A stretch of DNA of 61,756 bases, counting the filler, from Chiloscyllium plagiosum (lineage: Eukaryota): NCBI RefSeq assembly GCF_004010195.1. It is 3 parts of one record of this genome, joined end to end, with 100 filler letters (N's around TTAATTAATTAA, not from the genome) between each part and the next. Parts side by side here need not be neighbours in the genome. Positions count along the whole stretch, not along the records: positions 1 to 26,287 come from NC_057710.1; positions 26,388 to 53,376 come from NC_057710.1; 1 more part is not named here. One strand, 5' to 3'. The notes beneath the pieces were generated by a model, which did no database searches, was not told the origin of the DNA, and worked only from the letters and a program-made list of their open reading frames with translations. A program made the position numbers and the translations under genes. This document shows, one piece after another, positions 22,985 to 37,090 of this stretch; position 1 is the stretch's first letter; every line of letters begins with the position of its first letter.

Positions 22985-24050
22985 GGATGTTTACATGAAA
23001 GGGAAATCATGTTTGAGAATGTGTAGAGCTGTTTGAGAACACAACATGCAACAGAGATAAAAGGAAACCAGTGGATGAGCTGTCCTTATATCTCCAGAAG
23101 GCACTTGACAAGGTTTAGATTAGATTTGATTAGATTAGATTAGATTACAGTGTGGAAACAGGCCCTTCGGCCCAACAAGTCCACACCGACCCGCCGAAGC
23201 GAAACCCACCCATCCCCTACATTTACCCCTTACCTAACACTACGGGCAATTTAGTATGGCCAATGTGAGGCAGCAGTGCTAACCACTGTGCCACCGTGCC
23301 GCCCACAAAGGTGTAACATCAAAGATTGCTATGCAAGATAAGAGGTCTAGGTGTAGTGGGTAACATATTTGCAAGCGTAGAGAATTGGCTCACTAATTGC
23401 AGGCAAGGGTAGGCAGAATGGGGATTACAGAATGTGATAGGTGGTCTGTCACAAGATCAGTGTTAAGAGCTCAATTATTTACAATCAAAATAAATGATTG
23501 GAATGAAGTGACCAAATGTATGGTAACTATATTTATTGATGATGAAAATAAAGTATAAATGTCAGTTATTTAAGATGACATAAGGGGTCTTTAAAAAGTT
23601 ATGAGTATAGATTAAGTGAGTGAGCAAAAAAAGGCACATAGAACATAAAAACTTAGAACATGTGAACTTAGACACCTCAGCAGAAAGAAAAATCGTTTTT
23701 TATTGATATACAGAGAGCTTGCAGAACTCTGAGGACTGATGAATCTGGATGTTATGGTACATAAAAAGTTAAGTGTGCAGATGCACCAAGTGATTGGAAT
23801 TGCATTTGGAATTGTCATTTATTGTAAGGAGAATTGACTATAAAAGTAGGGATGATGAAGAGTCACTGGACTCAAAACATTAAATCAGCTTTCTCCCCAC
23901 AGATGCTGCCAGACCTGTTGAGTTTCCTCAACAATTTCTGTTTCAGATCTTTAGCATCTGCAGTTCTTTGTTTTGTAAAGATAGCAGTGTTTTGCTGCAC
24001 TTGGAGCACTGTGTACAGCTTTACTTCCCGTATTTAAGTATTTAAATGCA
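22985..24050 (+). mobile_element. Old degraded CR1 RT fragment with nested HE1 SINE (23115-23304, minus, internally deleted) and Penelope piece (23850-23975)
   Basis: gggaaatcatgtttg, ccagaaggcacttgacaaggt and other RT remnants; SINE head and (ttaga)n tail. Confidence 0.7.
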
Positions 24051-24299
24051 TTAGATACAGGTTAGCCACATTTATAAAACTCAAGACAAAATGGGAACTA
24101 TTTATGTGATTCTCGATTGGGCAACACAGGCTCAATAACTCGATGTGTGGTAATAGCTCACTAAGATAATGAGTTGAGCTTGTAATAGGGCTCATTTACA
24201 CTTGTTAGAAGTGATATACATTCAAACATGGGATGTGTTAACTGTTTAAAAAAATGCTTGCCAATCAAACAGCAGCTTAACACCTGTAATATAAATTGC

Positions 24300-24830
24300 T
24301 GTGATCATGTGAAGCTCCTCAGTGAGGGTATGGTTAATGTGAGGGAGGAGGTCTTGTTCTAAGAAACATTAAAGTGAGATATCATGGCAAAGCAGGTATG
24401 TAATTGATTGCTGAGTATTTTCCAAATTTATCTTTCAAAACTAGTGTGATGAGTGTAAGGCTTTATTAGTAGCAGCAAAGATTATTAGCAATAGTAAAGT
24501 TGTTGGGATTTAAACTCATTACTATATATTAAATTTAAAAAATAATTAATTATTTAAAATATAGGACAATTGACAGGGCAGGTGATGTATTTTGGCTACA
24601 AATTGTGCCAGCTCCTGGGTACCAGTGTGATTAAAGACCAACAGGACAATAGCAAGTGTCTGCAATTAGAGGAATTACAGCCTAATGTGAGTGAGTTCAA
24701 AACTGAGCTACAGACACTGCAACACATCAGGGCAGAAGATACGTTGTTCCTGGAGGCAGTCACACATCTGAGGCTCAGTACAACTTTAGTGATAATTAAT
24801 GGTCAGGACAGGAGGATTTGACTGCAAGCG
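24300..24830 (+). mobile_element. CR1 5'UTR and ORF1 N-terminal remnant
   Basis: SKCLQLEELQPNVSEFKTELQTLQHIR resembles the ORF1 zinc finger/zipper region. Confidence 0.6.
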
Positions 24831-26287
24831 ATTATGCCCTTAGGGTTGAGGGAGAGAGAAGTGGGTGTGAGACAATTTTTAAATATTTAAATAAGGGCAA
24901 TTATGAGATCATGATAGATGAAGTGGCTAACATGAATTGGCAAATAAAGTTAAAGAATAACTCCATGAAGATGCATTGAAATTTAAGGGATATTTCAATA
25001 TTTCAGCACACTTGGGATAGATATATTTCAAAGAATAATAAAAATTCCAAAAGAATTGGAATGACTTTTGTTGGGATTGTTATTTATTTGTAAATGTTTA
25101 GAAAAGATAAATCCATGTTGTCACATTTTGGAGAATTTGCTTTTATTCAGAGAATGGTGAATTCTTTGGAATTCTCTTCCCCCCCAGATGTTTGTGGAAG
25201 CTCAGTCTTTGACATGCTTAAAGTGGAGACAAATTTTTGATTATCAGTGACATTAAGTGTTGGGGGGACAATGTGGATCAAAGGCATTGAGGTCAGCCAT
25301 GATCATATTAAATGAAGAAGGTTTGAGAGTTGAATGACCCACTCCCGTTCCTGTGTTCCTAAGCATTGTGTTGAAGCAGAAGTTTACTCCGCCATTTAAT
25401 GAGATCATGGCTTATCTAATAGTTCTCAGCTCCATTTTCCTTTCTTCCTTCTCCACATTCTGTTACATATTAGAAATATGTTAATTTCAGCCTTAAATAT
25501 ACTTAATGACACAACCTGTACAGTCCTCTGTGGTAAAGAATTCCACAGATTCACTATCACCTGTGAGAAGAAATTCCTCCTCATCTTTTTCCTAACTAGG
25601 TGACCAGTTACTCTGAGGGGAAATGAGGAAACTGGTGAAATCCACATTAATCCCGTGTGGTTGCAGGATCTCACGACGGAAGATCAGACGTTCTTCCTCT
25701 AGGCGTTGGGTGGTTAGGGTTTGACAATGGAGGAGGACCTATTGCTATTGAGTCTGGAGAATAAAGGAAAATTAGATGACAATAAATGAATTGAACAGGT
25801 CTTTTGCTTCAGCTTCCTTATCATTGTACTTATATTTAACATCTCCCCTTAGCCCATGTCCCCTTCCCTTTTAGCCATTTTAATCCCTCCAAATTCCCTA
25901 TATCTGTACCTCTAGCCACACTTTTCCAGCTTGCACTCTCACTGTCTCTCTCTCTTTCTCATTCTGTCTCTCTCCCTTGCAACCTCACACTATCTTCCCC
26001 ACACTGGAAATTGCTCCCCACCCTTGTGCTTGCTGAAGTTTCTCTTGCGTTTACCCCATCTTTTGTAGCCTTCCTATCTCACCCTTTTACTGACTCCCTC
26101 TCTCAATCTCTTGAAGCCTCAATTTTTTTCTGTCTAGCCCCCACTCCAGCCACCTCTACTTTCTTACTACTCCATCTCTGCATCTACCTATCTCTCTCGC
26201 TCTCGCTCTCGCTCTCTCTATCGTCCACTGATCCTTCCAGCTTCCCTCACTTTCTCTACCCCCCTCACCCCCCCCTGCCCCCCACCA

Positions 26288-26387
26288 NNNNNNNNNNNNN
26301 NNNNNNNNNNNNNNNNNNNNNNNNNNNNNNNTTAATTAATTAANNNNNNNNNNNNNNNNNNNNNNNNNNNNNNNNNNNNNNNNNNNN
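26288..26387. other. Scaffolding gap with six-frame stop linker (N44-TTAATTAATTAA-N44)
   Basis: Exactly 100 nt; identical structure at 53377-53476. Confidence 0.97.
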
Positions 26388-26957
26388 TCTCCAACCGATC
26401 CACTCGATCTGATAAGATTCACATCCAACAGCATTTATGGCAGATATAATCCGCAGTAACCCTTAAACTCTCTTTAAACTCCCACATCTGACAAGAAGTA
26501 CATATCACTGCAAAGGCCATTTTTGCTCCTTCACAATCTACAGACCCCGAAAATAACACTATCTTATTCCTCTACAAAACATTGCACCAGGTTAAATTAA
26601 GAGCAATGGCTCATATTTTAAGTTTAATCAAGAGATTTATCTCCAAAAACATTTAATCAAGAAAGAACCCACTGTACTCACTAATACAGCCTTTCTCTTG
26701 GACAGACTTAAAAAAACAATTAACTTATCTGATTCTGTGCTGTGAACTTCGCCCAAACCGGTTCTTCCAAGTTTAGTTGTGAAATTCACTGTTTGTTAAT
26801 TTTCCCAGATGCACTCCGATGTCCAGCGAATGTGAATTCAAAAACAGCAAAGGCAGTATCTGTGCAGGTTCTCTCTCTCTCTCTCTCTCTCGCTCTCTCT
26901 TCTCTCCTGCACTGTCCTCACCATGTGCTTCCTTTGTCTGCTCTTCTCCCTTTAAAA
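26388..26957 (-). mobile_element. CR1 5'UTR and first part of ORF1
   Basis: ATG at 26520 gives MAFAVICTSCQMWEFKESLRVTADYICHKCCWM*ILSDRVDRLE up to the gap; (CT)n tract in the UTR. Confidence 0.85.
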
Positions 26958-27977
26958 TAGGCAACAGGTTTAGATAGAGGATCTGGATTGGTGCAGGCTG
27001 AAGGGCCTGTTCCTGTGCTGTAATTTTCTTTGTTCTTTGTGTAATCATCTTATTAATGCCAATTTACTCTGACCCTTACTAATTACATTAGAATCATAGA
27101 ATACAGGGTAAATAGAGGCCAGCATATGCCAAAATGCAAAAACCAGAGAAACCGTATTAAGCAGCATTAACAACAGCACAGAAATTGATGCTGTCTATGA
27201 GGCCAGTTGGTTGGCAGATGGGGGCAGAATAAAATATTGGTAATACTTGGCATTGTACCATGGAGGCTTTTCCTGGTATCAAACCTCTCAGCCTGAATCT
27301 TGTCACAACTCCAAACATGGCAGGGGAGATATTGAGCTCTCCAGCCGTCTGGGGCCAATTGAGGCCCTTACATGGTCAGTTAACAGCTCCTGAAAGACCC
27401 CTTCTCAACCCTGCTGCAATTTGTGCTGCTGCTGGCAGAGGCCAGTGCCAAGTTTGAAGACCAGCTGCTCTCACTGCTAAGGGTGTTGGCAGGAGAGGTA
27501 GTGGGATACCTCAGTTATGGACCCCGGGCCTGTCAAAGATATCCCCCAAGTCTTCCCTGACTGCAAGGGTTTTGTTGACCCTTACTGTGTCCACCATGGC
27601 TTTCTCCCCATTGGCCCCTTTCTTGGGTTCCTAACCTGACCCTGCCAAAACCTTACCTATGCATTTTCCAGTTCAGTTTCAGTAAAAATCACCATCAGAG
27701 AGTGATGCAGTTCCGGTTGTGGCTATTTCTCTGGGTGGCACCGCTGCGACAAGAGAGTTATTGGTTATTGTTATGATCTAAGATGAAGAGATACTAAATG
27801 AATATTTTACATCAGGTATGGAGAAAGACATGAGTCATAAGGAACTTGGGAAATAAATGTTGATGTCTTGAAAACAATCTACATTTCAGAAGAGGAGGTG
27901 CTGAAGATCGTAAAAAAACATAAAGGTGGATAAATCTCTGGGATCTGATCAAGTGTATCCTAGGCTGTTATGGGAAT

Positions 27978-28685
27978 TCCCATCCATGGACTGCATCTAC
28001 ACTTCTCATTGCCATGGAAAGGCTGTCAAGACCATCAAGACCATCAAAGGCCCCCCTACCCCGGTTATACTCTCTTCAAACCTCTTCCAACAGGCAGAAG
28101 ATCCAGAAGCTGAACACATGCATCAATAGGTTCAAGAACAGCTTAGATTCGATTCCCTACAGTGTCGAAACAGGCCCTTTGGTCCAACAAGTCCACATTG
28201 ACCCTCCAAAGAGTAACCCACCCAGACCCATTTCCCCTCTGACTAATGCACCTAACACTATGATCAATTTAGAATGGCCAATTCACCTGGCCTGCACATC
28301 TTTGGACTGTGGAAGGAAATCAGAGCACTCGGAGGAAGCCCATGCAAAAGCCCGTGCAAACTTCACACAGACGGCCACCCAAGACTGGAATCGAACCTGA
28401 GTCCCTGGCGCTGTGAGGCAGCAGTGCTAACCAATGAGCCACCATGCCAGCTTCTTCCTTGCTGCCATTAGACTGCAGAATGGGCTCTCTAAATTCAAAT
28501 CTAATATTGACCTTGCTTTTGTGCACTTCCTGTGCAGTTGTAACCTTGCATGGCTCAGTCTGTCTAAGCATCCTATGGTCTGGATGTCTTTGCTTGTTAT
28601 GATCTGACTCTACCACTCGTAAAACAAAACTTTTCACTGTACTTAGATACATATGACAACAATAAATCAAATCAAATCAAATCAA
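27978..28685 (+). mobile_element. Rex1/Babar-type LINE 3' end, itself interrupted by an HE1 SINE
   Basis: PSMDCIYTSHC...NRFKNS then FF..AIRL after the SINE; aataaa and (atcaa)n tail. Confidence 0.75.
28143..28448 (-). mobile_element. HE1-type V-SINE
   Basis: Reverse complement of 44676-45003; cagctt duplicated on both sides. Confidence 0.85.
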
Positions 28686-30619
28686 GTTACGGAAGAAATT
28701 GTAGGGCCCCGAGCAGAGATATTTGTACCATTTATAAACACAGGTGAGGTGCCAGGAACTGGAGGGTGGCTAATATTGTGCCTTTATTTAAGAAGCCTGG
28801 GAACTTTAGGCCAGTGAGTCTGATGTCAGTGGTGGTTAAGATGTTGGAGGGGATTCTGAGAGATATGATTTATATGCATTTGGAGAGGCAAGAACTGATT
28901 AGGTGATAGTCAGCATGGCTTTGTGCATGGGAAATCATGTCTCACAAACGTGATTGAGTTTTTTTGAGAAAGTCCCGAAAAAGATTGTTGAGGGCAGAGG
29001 GGTAGACTTGTAGTGAAGCCTTTGACAAGGCTCCGCATGGTAGACTGATAAGTAGAGTTAAATCACATGTGATTCAGGGAGAGCTTGTCAATTGATACAA
29101 AATTGGCTTGACGGGAGGAGACAAAGTGTGATGGTGGAGGGTTGTTTTTCAAACTGGAGGCCCAGGATCAGTGGTGTTCCACAGGGATCGGTGCAACATA
29201 CATTATTGTTTGTCATTTATATAAACAACTTCGGAGGAATAGTTAGTAAGTTTGCGGATAATACCAAAATTGGTGGTATATTCAACAGTGAAGTGGATTA
29301 TTTAAGATTACAAAGGGATCTTGATCAACTGGGCTCATGGGCTGAGAAGTGGCAGATGGAGTTCTATTTGGATAAACACAAGGTTTTGCACTTTGAGAAA
29401 GTGAACAAGGGCAGGAGTTATTCACTTAATGTGTAGCATTATCGAGAGACCCAGGGTTTCATCTACACAGTTCTTTGAAAGTTGCGTCATGGATAGACAG
29501 AGTGGTTAAGAAGGCGTGTAACATGTTTGCCTTCATTGCTGAGACCATGGAGTATAGGCATGGGACATCATGTTGAGGTTGTAAAGGATGTTGGCTTTTG
29601 GAGTGTTGTGTAGAGTTCTTGTCAGCCTGCTAGACGAGGGAAAAATTGGAGAGGGTTCAGAAAAGATTTACCAGGTTGTTGCCGCGACTGGAGGGTTGTG
29701 TTATAAGGAAAGGCTGGGATTTTTTTCACTGGAGCATAGGAGGTTGAGGGGGTGAACTTATAGAGGTTTACAAAATCACGAGGTGCACAAATAATGTTAA
29801 TAATAGGAGTCTTTTCCTGGGGTAGGGGAATTCGAAACTAGAAAGCATAGGTTTAAGGTGAGAGGAGAAAGATTAATAAGGACCTGACTGGCAACTTCTT
29901 CACATGGAGGGTAATTTGTATGTGGAATGATCTGCCAGAGGAAGTGATAGATGCAGGTAGTTACAATATTTAAGAGACATAGGACAGGTACAATAGGAAG
30001 GGTTTAGAGGGATATGGGCCAAATGAAGGCAAATGGGACTTAGTTTAATTGGGAAACTTAGTTGACATGGATGTGTTGGACTGTTTCCATGTTGCATGAC
30101 TCTCTGACTCTATGACTGCTCTTAAGAATATGCAATCATGGCAACATTTGAGTCTTAATATCATGTAAATTAATGGCATAAAATGCTTTGGAAGGAACAG
30201 AAAGTATATAGCATCCTTAGTGAGGACAAATGTAAAAGTTCACCAAAACCATTGAAACATTATTTCCTACAGCAGGGAGAATGCTCAGCATAAATTTAAA
30301 CATTCTGAGCCAATAAAACTGTCTTTCCCTCATCTCTGAAAGGAAATATTACAATGAGCCAACATGCTGTAGGTCACAGTAAGAAAAAGGTGTAAAAGAT
30401 TATGGCTGTTTGGAACAGCTTACTTATTCACAACAAAGTTTAATCTATCTTCTGTTTTGGTAGTTATTTTACACTCTATAAGTATTTCTGGGCACAAGCA
30501 TTTGAAATGTAAGCGCTACAATTCAAGTGATTATTGAGGTGTGCTTTTGTACATAGAAGCCTATGTTCCATTGGGTTATGCCACCCATTAGTGGTGGGGT
30601 CCAAGCTGATTTAGACTTG

Positions 30620-31480
30620 AATATGGGAAGGTTGATCAATAAGTTTGCAGATGATACCAAAACTGGTGGTGTGGTAAATAATGATGAGCATAGCCTTTGA
30701 TCAGAGAAGGCTATAGATAGGCTGGTCAGGTGGGCTGATCAGTCGCAAATGGAATTCAATCCAGATAAGTGTGAGGTGATACACTTAGGCAGGACAAACA
30801 GACAGGAATCAATGATGAATGGTTGGACCCTGCGAAACACTGAGTATCAGAGGGACTTTGGTGTGCATGTCTACTGGTCCGATAAGGTAGCGGGATAGAT
30901 GTATAATTTGATTAAGAACACATATAGAAGACATGTCTTTATTAGCAGAGACAAGGAGTTTGAGAGCCAAGGAGGTTATCCTGAAACTATAAAAGTTAGG
31001 TTATAGCTAGAGTATTGTGTGCAGTTCTTGAATCCATATCACAGGAGGGATGTGATTGCACTGGAGGGGGTACAAAGGTGATTTCTCCAGATGCTCCAGG
31101 CTGAACAGTTTTAGTTATGAAGGAAGATTGGTTAGGATGTTATTGTTTTCCTTTGGAACAGAGAGGATTAAGGGGAGACATGGTGAAATTAGACAGGGTA
31201 GACAGGAAGGAACTTTTCCCCTTGGTGGAGGGATCAAGATCAGGGGGCATACATTTAAGGTCAGGGACAGAAGATTTAGAGGTGATGTGAAGAAAGATTT
31301 TTTTTCAAACCACACTCTATAAGGCTGGGACAGGTGGAATCTGCCATAACATTTATGAAGTATTTAGGTGTAACATTTGTGATGCCAAGGTGTATAAGGC
31401 TATGGGTCAAGTGCTGAAACATTAGATTATAATAGCTAGGTGATTGCTTTTGACTGTGCTGTAAACCTCGATGACTCTAT
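30620..31480 (+). mobile_element. CR1 3' fragment
   Basis: KFADDTK (aagtttgcagatgatacc), QMEFNPDKCEV, GHTFKVRDRRFRGDV. Confidence 0.85.
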
Positions 31481-33399
31481 GATTGTATCACTCAATAAAT
31501 GACAATAAATTTGTCACTAATGCAACTAAAGATGGCACTGAGATGGCACCGAAGAGTGGTGACTTTCATTCCAGCAATAGTGGCATGGCAAAGGGAACTC
31601 ATGCCTGGCCTGGAGCACTTAACAAAGAGGACTGTAAGGTTGTACACTTTATTTCTTCATTTTTCTGCCTTTATATTCTGTGTTTTGGTTTTTTTAATGT
31701 TTTAAGATGGCGTTGGAGAGTGGCAATATTACACAGCATTTTCATTGTAATTTGTAACAAGCTACCCATATCAATAAATAAATGAATCATACAAAGTTGC
31801 AGAGTAACATGCTGTTTCTGCTAAACAAATTTCTGCTGCCAGTAATTCAGAGACGTATACTTAGCAGAGGTCATCTTGAATGATGATCAGCATCCCAAAG
31901 CACATTACAAATTTTCTGTGCAGTTACTCTGATATTTACAGCTCCCTGTAGGTCACTGCTCAGTGTAAGATCAGTAAGAAGATGGTTTTGCATGTTAATT
32001 CTAGGAACATGATGATTCTGACACAGCATTATAAATCCACATCATATGTGTTCAACCTTAAAACAGAATCCATGGAAGGAATTTCTGATTCTTCTGCTGC
32101 AAATTTAAGAGAAAATATTTGAACTCAACTTTTAAAAATAAGTCCTGCACAAGAAGAAACTGCAAAACAGTGAAATCATGAATTTGCACATACACCAATC
32201 CTAATATAAAAAGTAACTTTCTCAACTGAATTCAGGCTGTGCCCATTTACCATTAAATAAGTGGGGAACAGAGATTTTTATTACTTCAAAATGTACTCAT
32301 GAATTTAAGTGACCATTGAATCAAATCCATAAAATCTAAGTAGCAAAACTCCCAAGTGAAAAATTGATGGCTAAAAATTACCTAATTATAACTGGTGTTG
32401 ATAGAGACTCTATTGAAGGAATGTTCCTATGGTGAGGTGGGGGGAAAAGCCTGTGAATTTTTTAAAGTAGTCTTTCCTAAAGGTAAATCTTTATTTTGTT
32501 TCTTCTATTTTATTTCTTTTCTGTTCCTTTCTTCACATTTTTTGTCATTTGTTTCACTCTCTTTCACCCTTTCTTGCCTTACACATTCATTTCCTCACAT
32601 TGTTATCACTGTGCAACTCCTGCTGACAAGCACACAAATCACATGGGCTTATTTCTCCACATATTATTCACCTCATTATTTCACCACCCTCATTATCTCC
32701 AACCCACTAACAAATTAGTGGGAATAAATGGGTCCTGTTCCACTGACTTATTCCTTATTATAAAGTCACCATTACAATTGCACGTGTGTTCAGTGTTAGA
32801 AAATCATTTAATAGCTATGATTAGCTCACTGTACAGCATATGAAAATTTACATAACACTTTACCAAAGTTGACATTTGAGTACAGCACTATACTATTCAC
32901 AGTTTGTCATTAAGACATAACAGCCAACTCAATAAGTAAGCACTGAATGCCTTCCTTTTTCTCATGGTCTTCATTTGCATTCCCTGAATTTTGGTTTTCT
33001 TTGTTTGCTGAACTTTTATCGCTTCAATTTTCTTTTTCTCACTTTCATTTCATTCTCAAAAATATTCTTGATACTGCAACTCCTCAGTTCTATCAGTTGT
33101 CTCTCGATTTTGTTCTTTGTTAAATTTTTTTCTTTAAATGTTTTATTTGGATTATTGAAGAAATTACAAGAAAACCCTATTTTAACATCCAAAGTTGTAA
33201 TTGACTTTGCAAGATGATTTCAGTCTCATTGAGTAGTCTTACACTGTCTATTGTCCAGTGGCAGAACTAAAGCAGGAGGAGTCAACCAGTCCAAAATTGA
33301 CATGGTAAATTGTTGATAATTGATTATGGATGAACTCCTGCAATCACCCTTGATGTTTTTTTCAGATCTCTCCCAGATATTGAATTTTGAAACTTCTGT

Positions 33400-36300
33400 G
33401 CTTGGTTGAAGGGCAACTTGCAGTTTGCATGGTCCATGTGGGATGAGGAACGACATTATGCTTAATGGTTATGAGCAGCTAGGGACGAATTGAAAATGCA
33501 TAATATCGAAGATAATAATTTCTGGATTATTATATGGAACATAAGCAAATTGGTGTGGGGTAAATAGGATTAGAGAAATAAATGCGTAACTTAAGGCATG
33601 GTGTGGGAGAAATGGGTTTCAGTTCATGAGGCACTGACAGCAGTACTAGAAATGGGAGCTGTAACATAGGTACATGTTCCTTGTAACAAAGTACATTACC
33701 TTATATTTTTCTGTATTGAATTCAACTTCCACCTATCTGCCCACTCTACCAATGTGTTAATGTCCTTTGAAGTTCGACACTGATCCCCTCATCTACAAAA
33801 ACTGAAATAGTTCCTTACACACCAAGATCTAGATAGTTTAGGAAAAGCAAGGCTCCCAATATTGAGCCTGGAGAAATCCATGACAAACTTACCTCCAGCC
33901 CCAAAAAATTATCCATCAACCCATTAGCCTTTGCTTCCTATCACTATCTAAGTTTATATTCACATTGTTGCTGTCCCTTTTATTCCGTGACCTATCAATT
34001 TCCTGTGCATGTATTCTCTTTATTTATCTGTTTAGGAATATATGTTCTTTGAAGCTACTGGTGTTGATGTACACTCCCTATATGCAACTGCTCAACAATT
34101 TATCAAGATACAACTTTCCCATGAAATGACTCTTACACTTTGTTCGCTTCTCTTCATGCTGTTTTCTCTGGTGTCCACAGTCACTCTTGCGAGCTCTTTT
34201 AGGTGCTTGTGACTGTCTCCAGTCCTCCTCTCCTGCTCAATTGTCTGCAGCACACATAGCATAATGCATGAATTGTTGCATATTTAGAAATAAATATGTA
34301 GAACCTAATTACCTTCGCAGAGATTAATTGCAGGGTGACCATGAATATTGATATTTTAAAAAGGTATGAAGCTAAGAAACAGCAGTGGAGTATTTCTGTT
34401 AATTAAATATGTCAATTATACTGCAATGAGAAATTATCTTAGCTCAAAAGAGCATATGTAGAATCAGTTTTTGTAGAGATAAGAAACAGGAAAGGTAAGA
34501 GGTCACTTGTGGGAGTGGTTTATAGGCACTCTAGCAGTATTTATACTGTCAGACAGAATATACGGGAAGACATAAATGGGTCATGTCGGAAAGGTACAAC
34601 AATAAGCATGGATGATTTTAAATTGCATGTATTGTGGATGAATCAGATTGCCAAAGGTAGCCTGGAACATGAAGTCAGGGTGAGTCGCAATGTTTTATAG
34701 TAGTTCCAGAACCAACCAAGAAGCAGATTATTTTGACCTGAGATGAGCAATAAGACAGGTCTAATCAACATCCTCATTGTAAAGGAGCCTCTAGGTTATC
34801 ACTCTAGGTGACAGCGATCATAATTTAATAGAATTTCACATTCAATTTGAAGAGAAGTGTTGGTCTAAGGCTAATGCCATAGAATTGAGTAATGGGAATT
34901 ATAAGGGTATGAAGGTAGGTATCGCAAAAGTAAACAAGCCATCCAGGTTCACAGTTAGGGCAACAGAGATGCTTTGGCAGACCTTTAAGGAGATACCTAA
35001 TAAATCTTAGCAAAAACCTATCCAATTTAGAAAGAACAAAGACTTGAGAGTGATGCATCATGCTTGGCTAAATATAAAAGTTAACGATTGTATTAAATTG
35101 AAAGGAAAACTATACAATTCCGTAAAAATTCAGAGGAGTACCATGAGGAAAATGATGAAATAATGTCATTGTTACTTGACTAGTGATCCATGATGAAAAA
35201 TGTGGGGCTGGAAAAGCACCCTGATGAAGGGCTTAGCCTGAAACATTGACTCTCTGCTCCTCGGATGCTGCCTGACCTGATACGCTTTTCCAAAGCCACA
35301 CCTTTGATTCTGATCTCCAATGGCATATTATGGAATTGGAAGTTTTAAAAGATCTGGAATTTAAAAAAACTAATGATAAGCATGAAACCATCAATAATTG
35401 TTGTTAAAAAATCACCTGACTCACCTGGTTGTAACTCCAGATCCACAATAAAATGGTTAACTCTTGGTTGCCTTCTGAAATGGCCGAGTAAGAAATGTTC
35501 TATCTCAGCTGTGCATAGTGACTGCCATTGGCTGACTGAGCCATTACTTCCAGTTCCAGAAATTGCTACTATGCCTGGCCTTGGAGGCCTGCACAACTAG
35601 GAAGAATATTAGAGGGAATGCTTCTAGCAAGCCATTCAGTTTTATCAAACTGGTCTAAGGTTTCAAAGGAACAAAATCAGACAGACTGCCACACAGCAGT
35701 CTAGGCACCAGAAAAGACAACAACAAACTCAGCCGTGAATACAAAGAACCTGGAATTAAAAATCTGAAGAGAACCATTGTTGGTTTTTATAAATAAAACT
35801 TATTTTATTCTCTGATGACCTTGAGTGAAGGAAGTCTCCCACCTTCATCAATCTGGTTTGCATGTAACTCCAGACCCATGCCTGTGTGATTGACTCTTTA
35901 CTGCATTGTGTCCTCTAACAAGCTCCTCCAGGATGAGGACTATCAAATTCTCAAGATGGAGAGTGGCAGTCACAGTTAAATCAAGATGTGAAAGGGAAGG
36001 GAATTCTCTTTGGAGTGAATATTGTAAAGGGGTAGTCTTTTTTTAAGGCTTAATGGGATTATATTTTACTGAGTGTTTCAAAATCTGTATATTGTGTTGT
36101 CTGGTTTATTCAATTTTAATTTTGTTCATTTAATGTAATAAACTTCTGTTTTATTGTTAAAACCAAACCTGCAAAATTACATCCTTGTGTTTCAGTGAGA
36201 GATCACTTTGCTAAATCCAAACAAAAAGAACAAAATATGAGCTATCAAGTTAGTTTTCGGTCTGGGATCTGATCTAGTAACAACATCAGCTGGGATCATA

Positions 36301-37090
36301 ACAGTATGTGATGGTGTAAGAAAATGTAAAGTTACCCACTTTGGAAGGAAGAATAGAAAAACAATGTGATATTTAAATGGAGAGAGATCGCAGAACTCAG
36401 GTACAGAGGTATCTGGGTGTCCTGGTACATGAATCACAATAAAACTATTCACTTATATCCAGCAGGTGCTACTGAAGCAAATGGAATGTTGATATTTATT
36501 GCAAAAGAAAAGGAATCTAAAAGCAGGGAAGATTTATTACATGTACAAAGTCACATCTGGAATACTGTATACAATTTGGGTCTCCTTACTTGGAAAAGGT
36601 CATAGCTGTATTAGCAGCAGTTCAGAGAATGTTCTCTTGACTCATTCTGGAGATGAAGGACTTTTCATGAAGGAAGATGGAACAGATAGACCTACACACA
36701 TTGGAGTTTTAAAGACTGAGTGTTGATCTTGTTGAAACATATAAGAACCTGAAGAGACTTGAAGGGATGGATACAGTGAAGTTATTTCCTCTTTTCGAGG
36801 AGACGAGAAGAAGGAGACATTGCTTTACAATAAGAGATCTCCGTTTTAAGATACAAGGAGATTGATTTTCTCTTGGAGGGTCTATTCCAAAGATAGAAGT
36901 TGTGGCGACATCACTGCATTATTTAAGGATGCATTTATATAGATTTTGATAGATAAAGTAATTAAGGGTTATGGAGATCAAGTTGGAAAGTCGTGCTGAG
37001 ACCACAACCAGATCAGCCATGACCTTGTTAAATGGATAAAAGGTTTGAAATGTTGAACAGTCTACTCCAGTGTCTAATATTTCCCATTGC
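33400..37090. mobile_element. Cluster of old CR1 fragments (ORF1 esterase 33400-33670 plus, RT 33690-34000 minus, endonuclease 34250-35130 plus, RT C-terminus 36305-37090 plus) with nested SINE, Penelope and LTR pieces
   Basis: IIISGLL, GVVYRH, KCKVTHFGRKNR motifs; cctgatgaagggcttagcctgaaac at 35220. Confidence 0.65.
35960..36303 (+). mobile_element. Partial solo LTR
   Basis: aataaa followed by a U5-like region ending gggatcataaca, after which CR1 sequence resumes. Confidence 0.5.

Larger units (their letters stand above)
27790..30115 (+). mobile_element. 5'-truncated CR1 interrupted at 27978-28685
   Basis: DKSLGSDQVYPRLLWE, resumes after 28685; GVPQGSV, SKFADNTKIGG, WQMEF; (ctctatga)n tail. 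Confidence 0.88.

Noticed and set aside
26332..26343. TTAATTAATTAA palindrome inside N runs (also 53421-53432)
   Set aside because: Artificial six-frame stop linker centred in a 100-nt gap; not biological
30464..30508. Plus-strand micro-exon candidate ggtag|...|gtaagc reading YFTLYKYFWAQAFE
   Set aside because: Would fit the flipped-contig model, but 45 nt with no recognisable homology is within chance expectation
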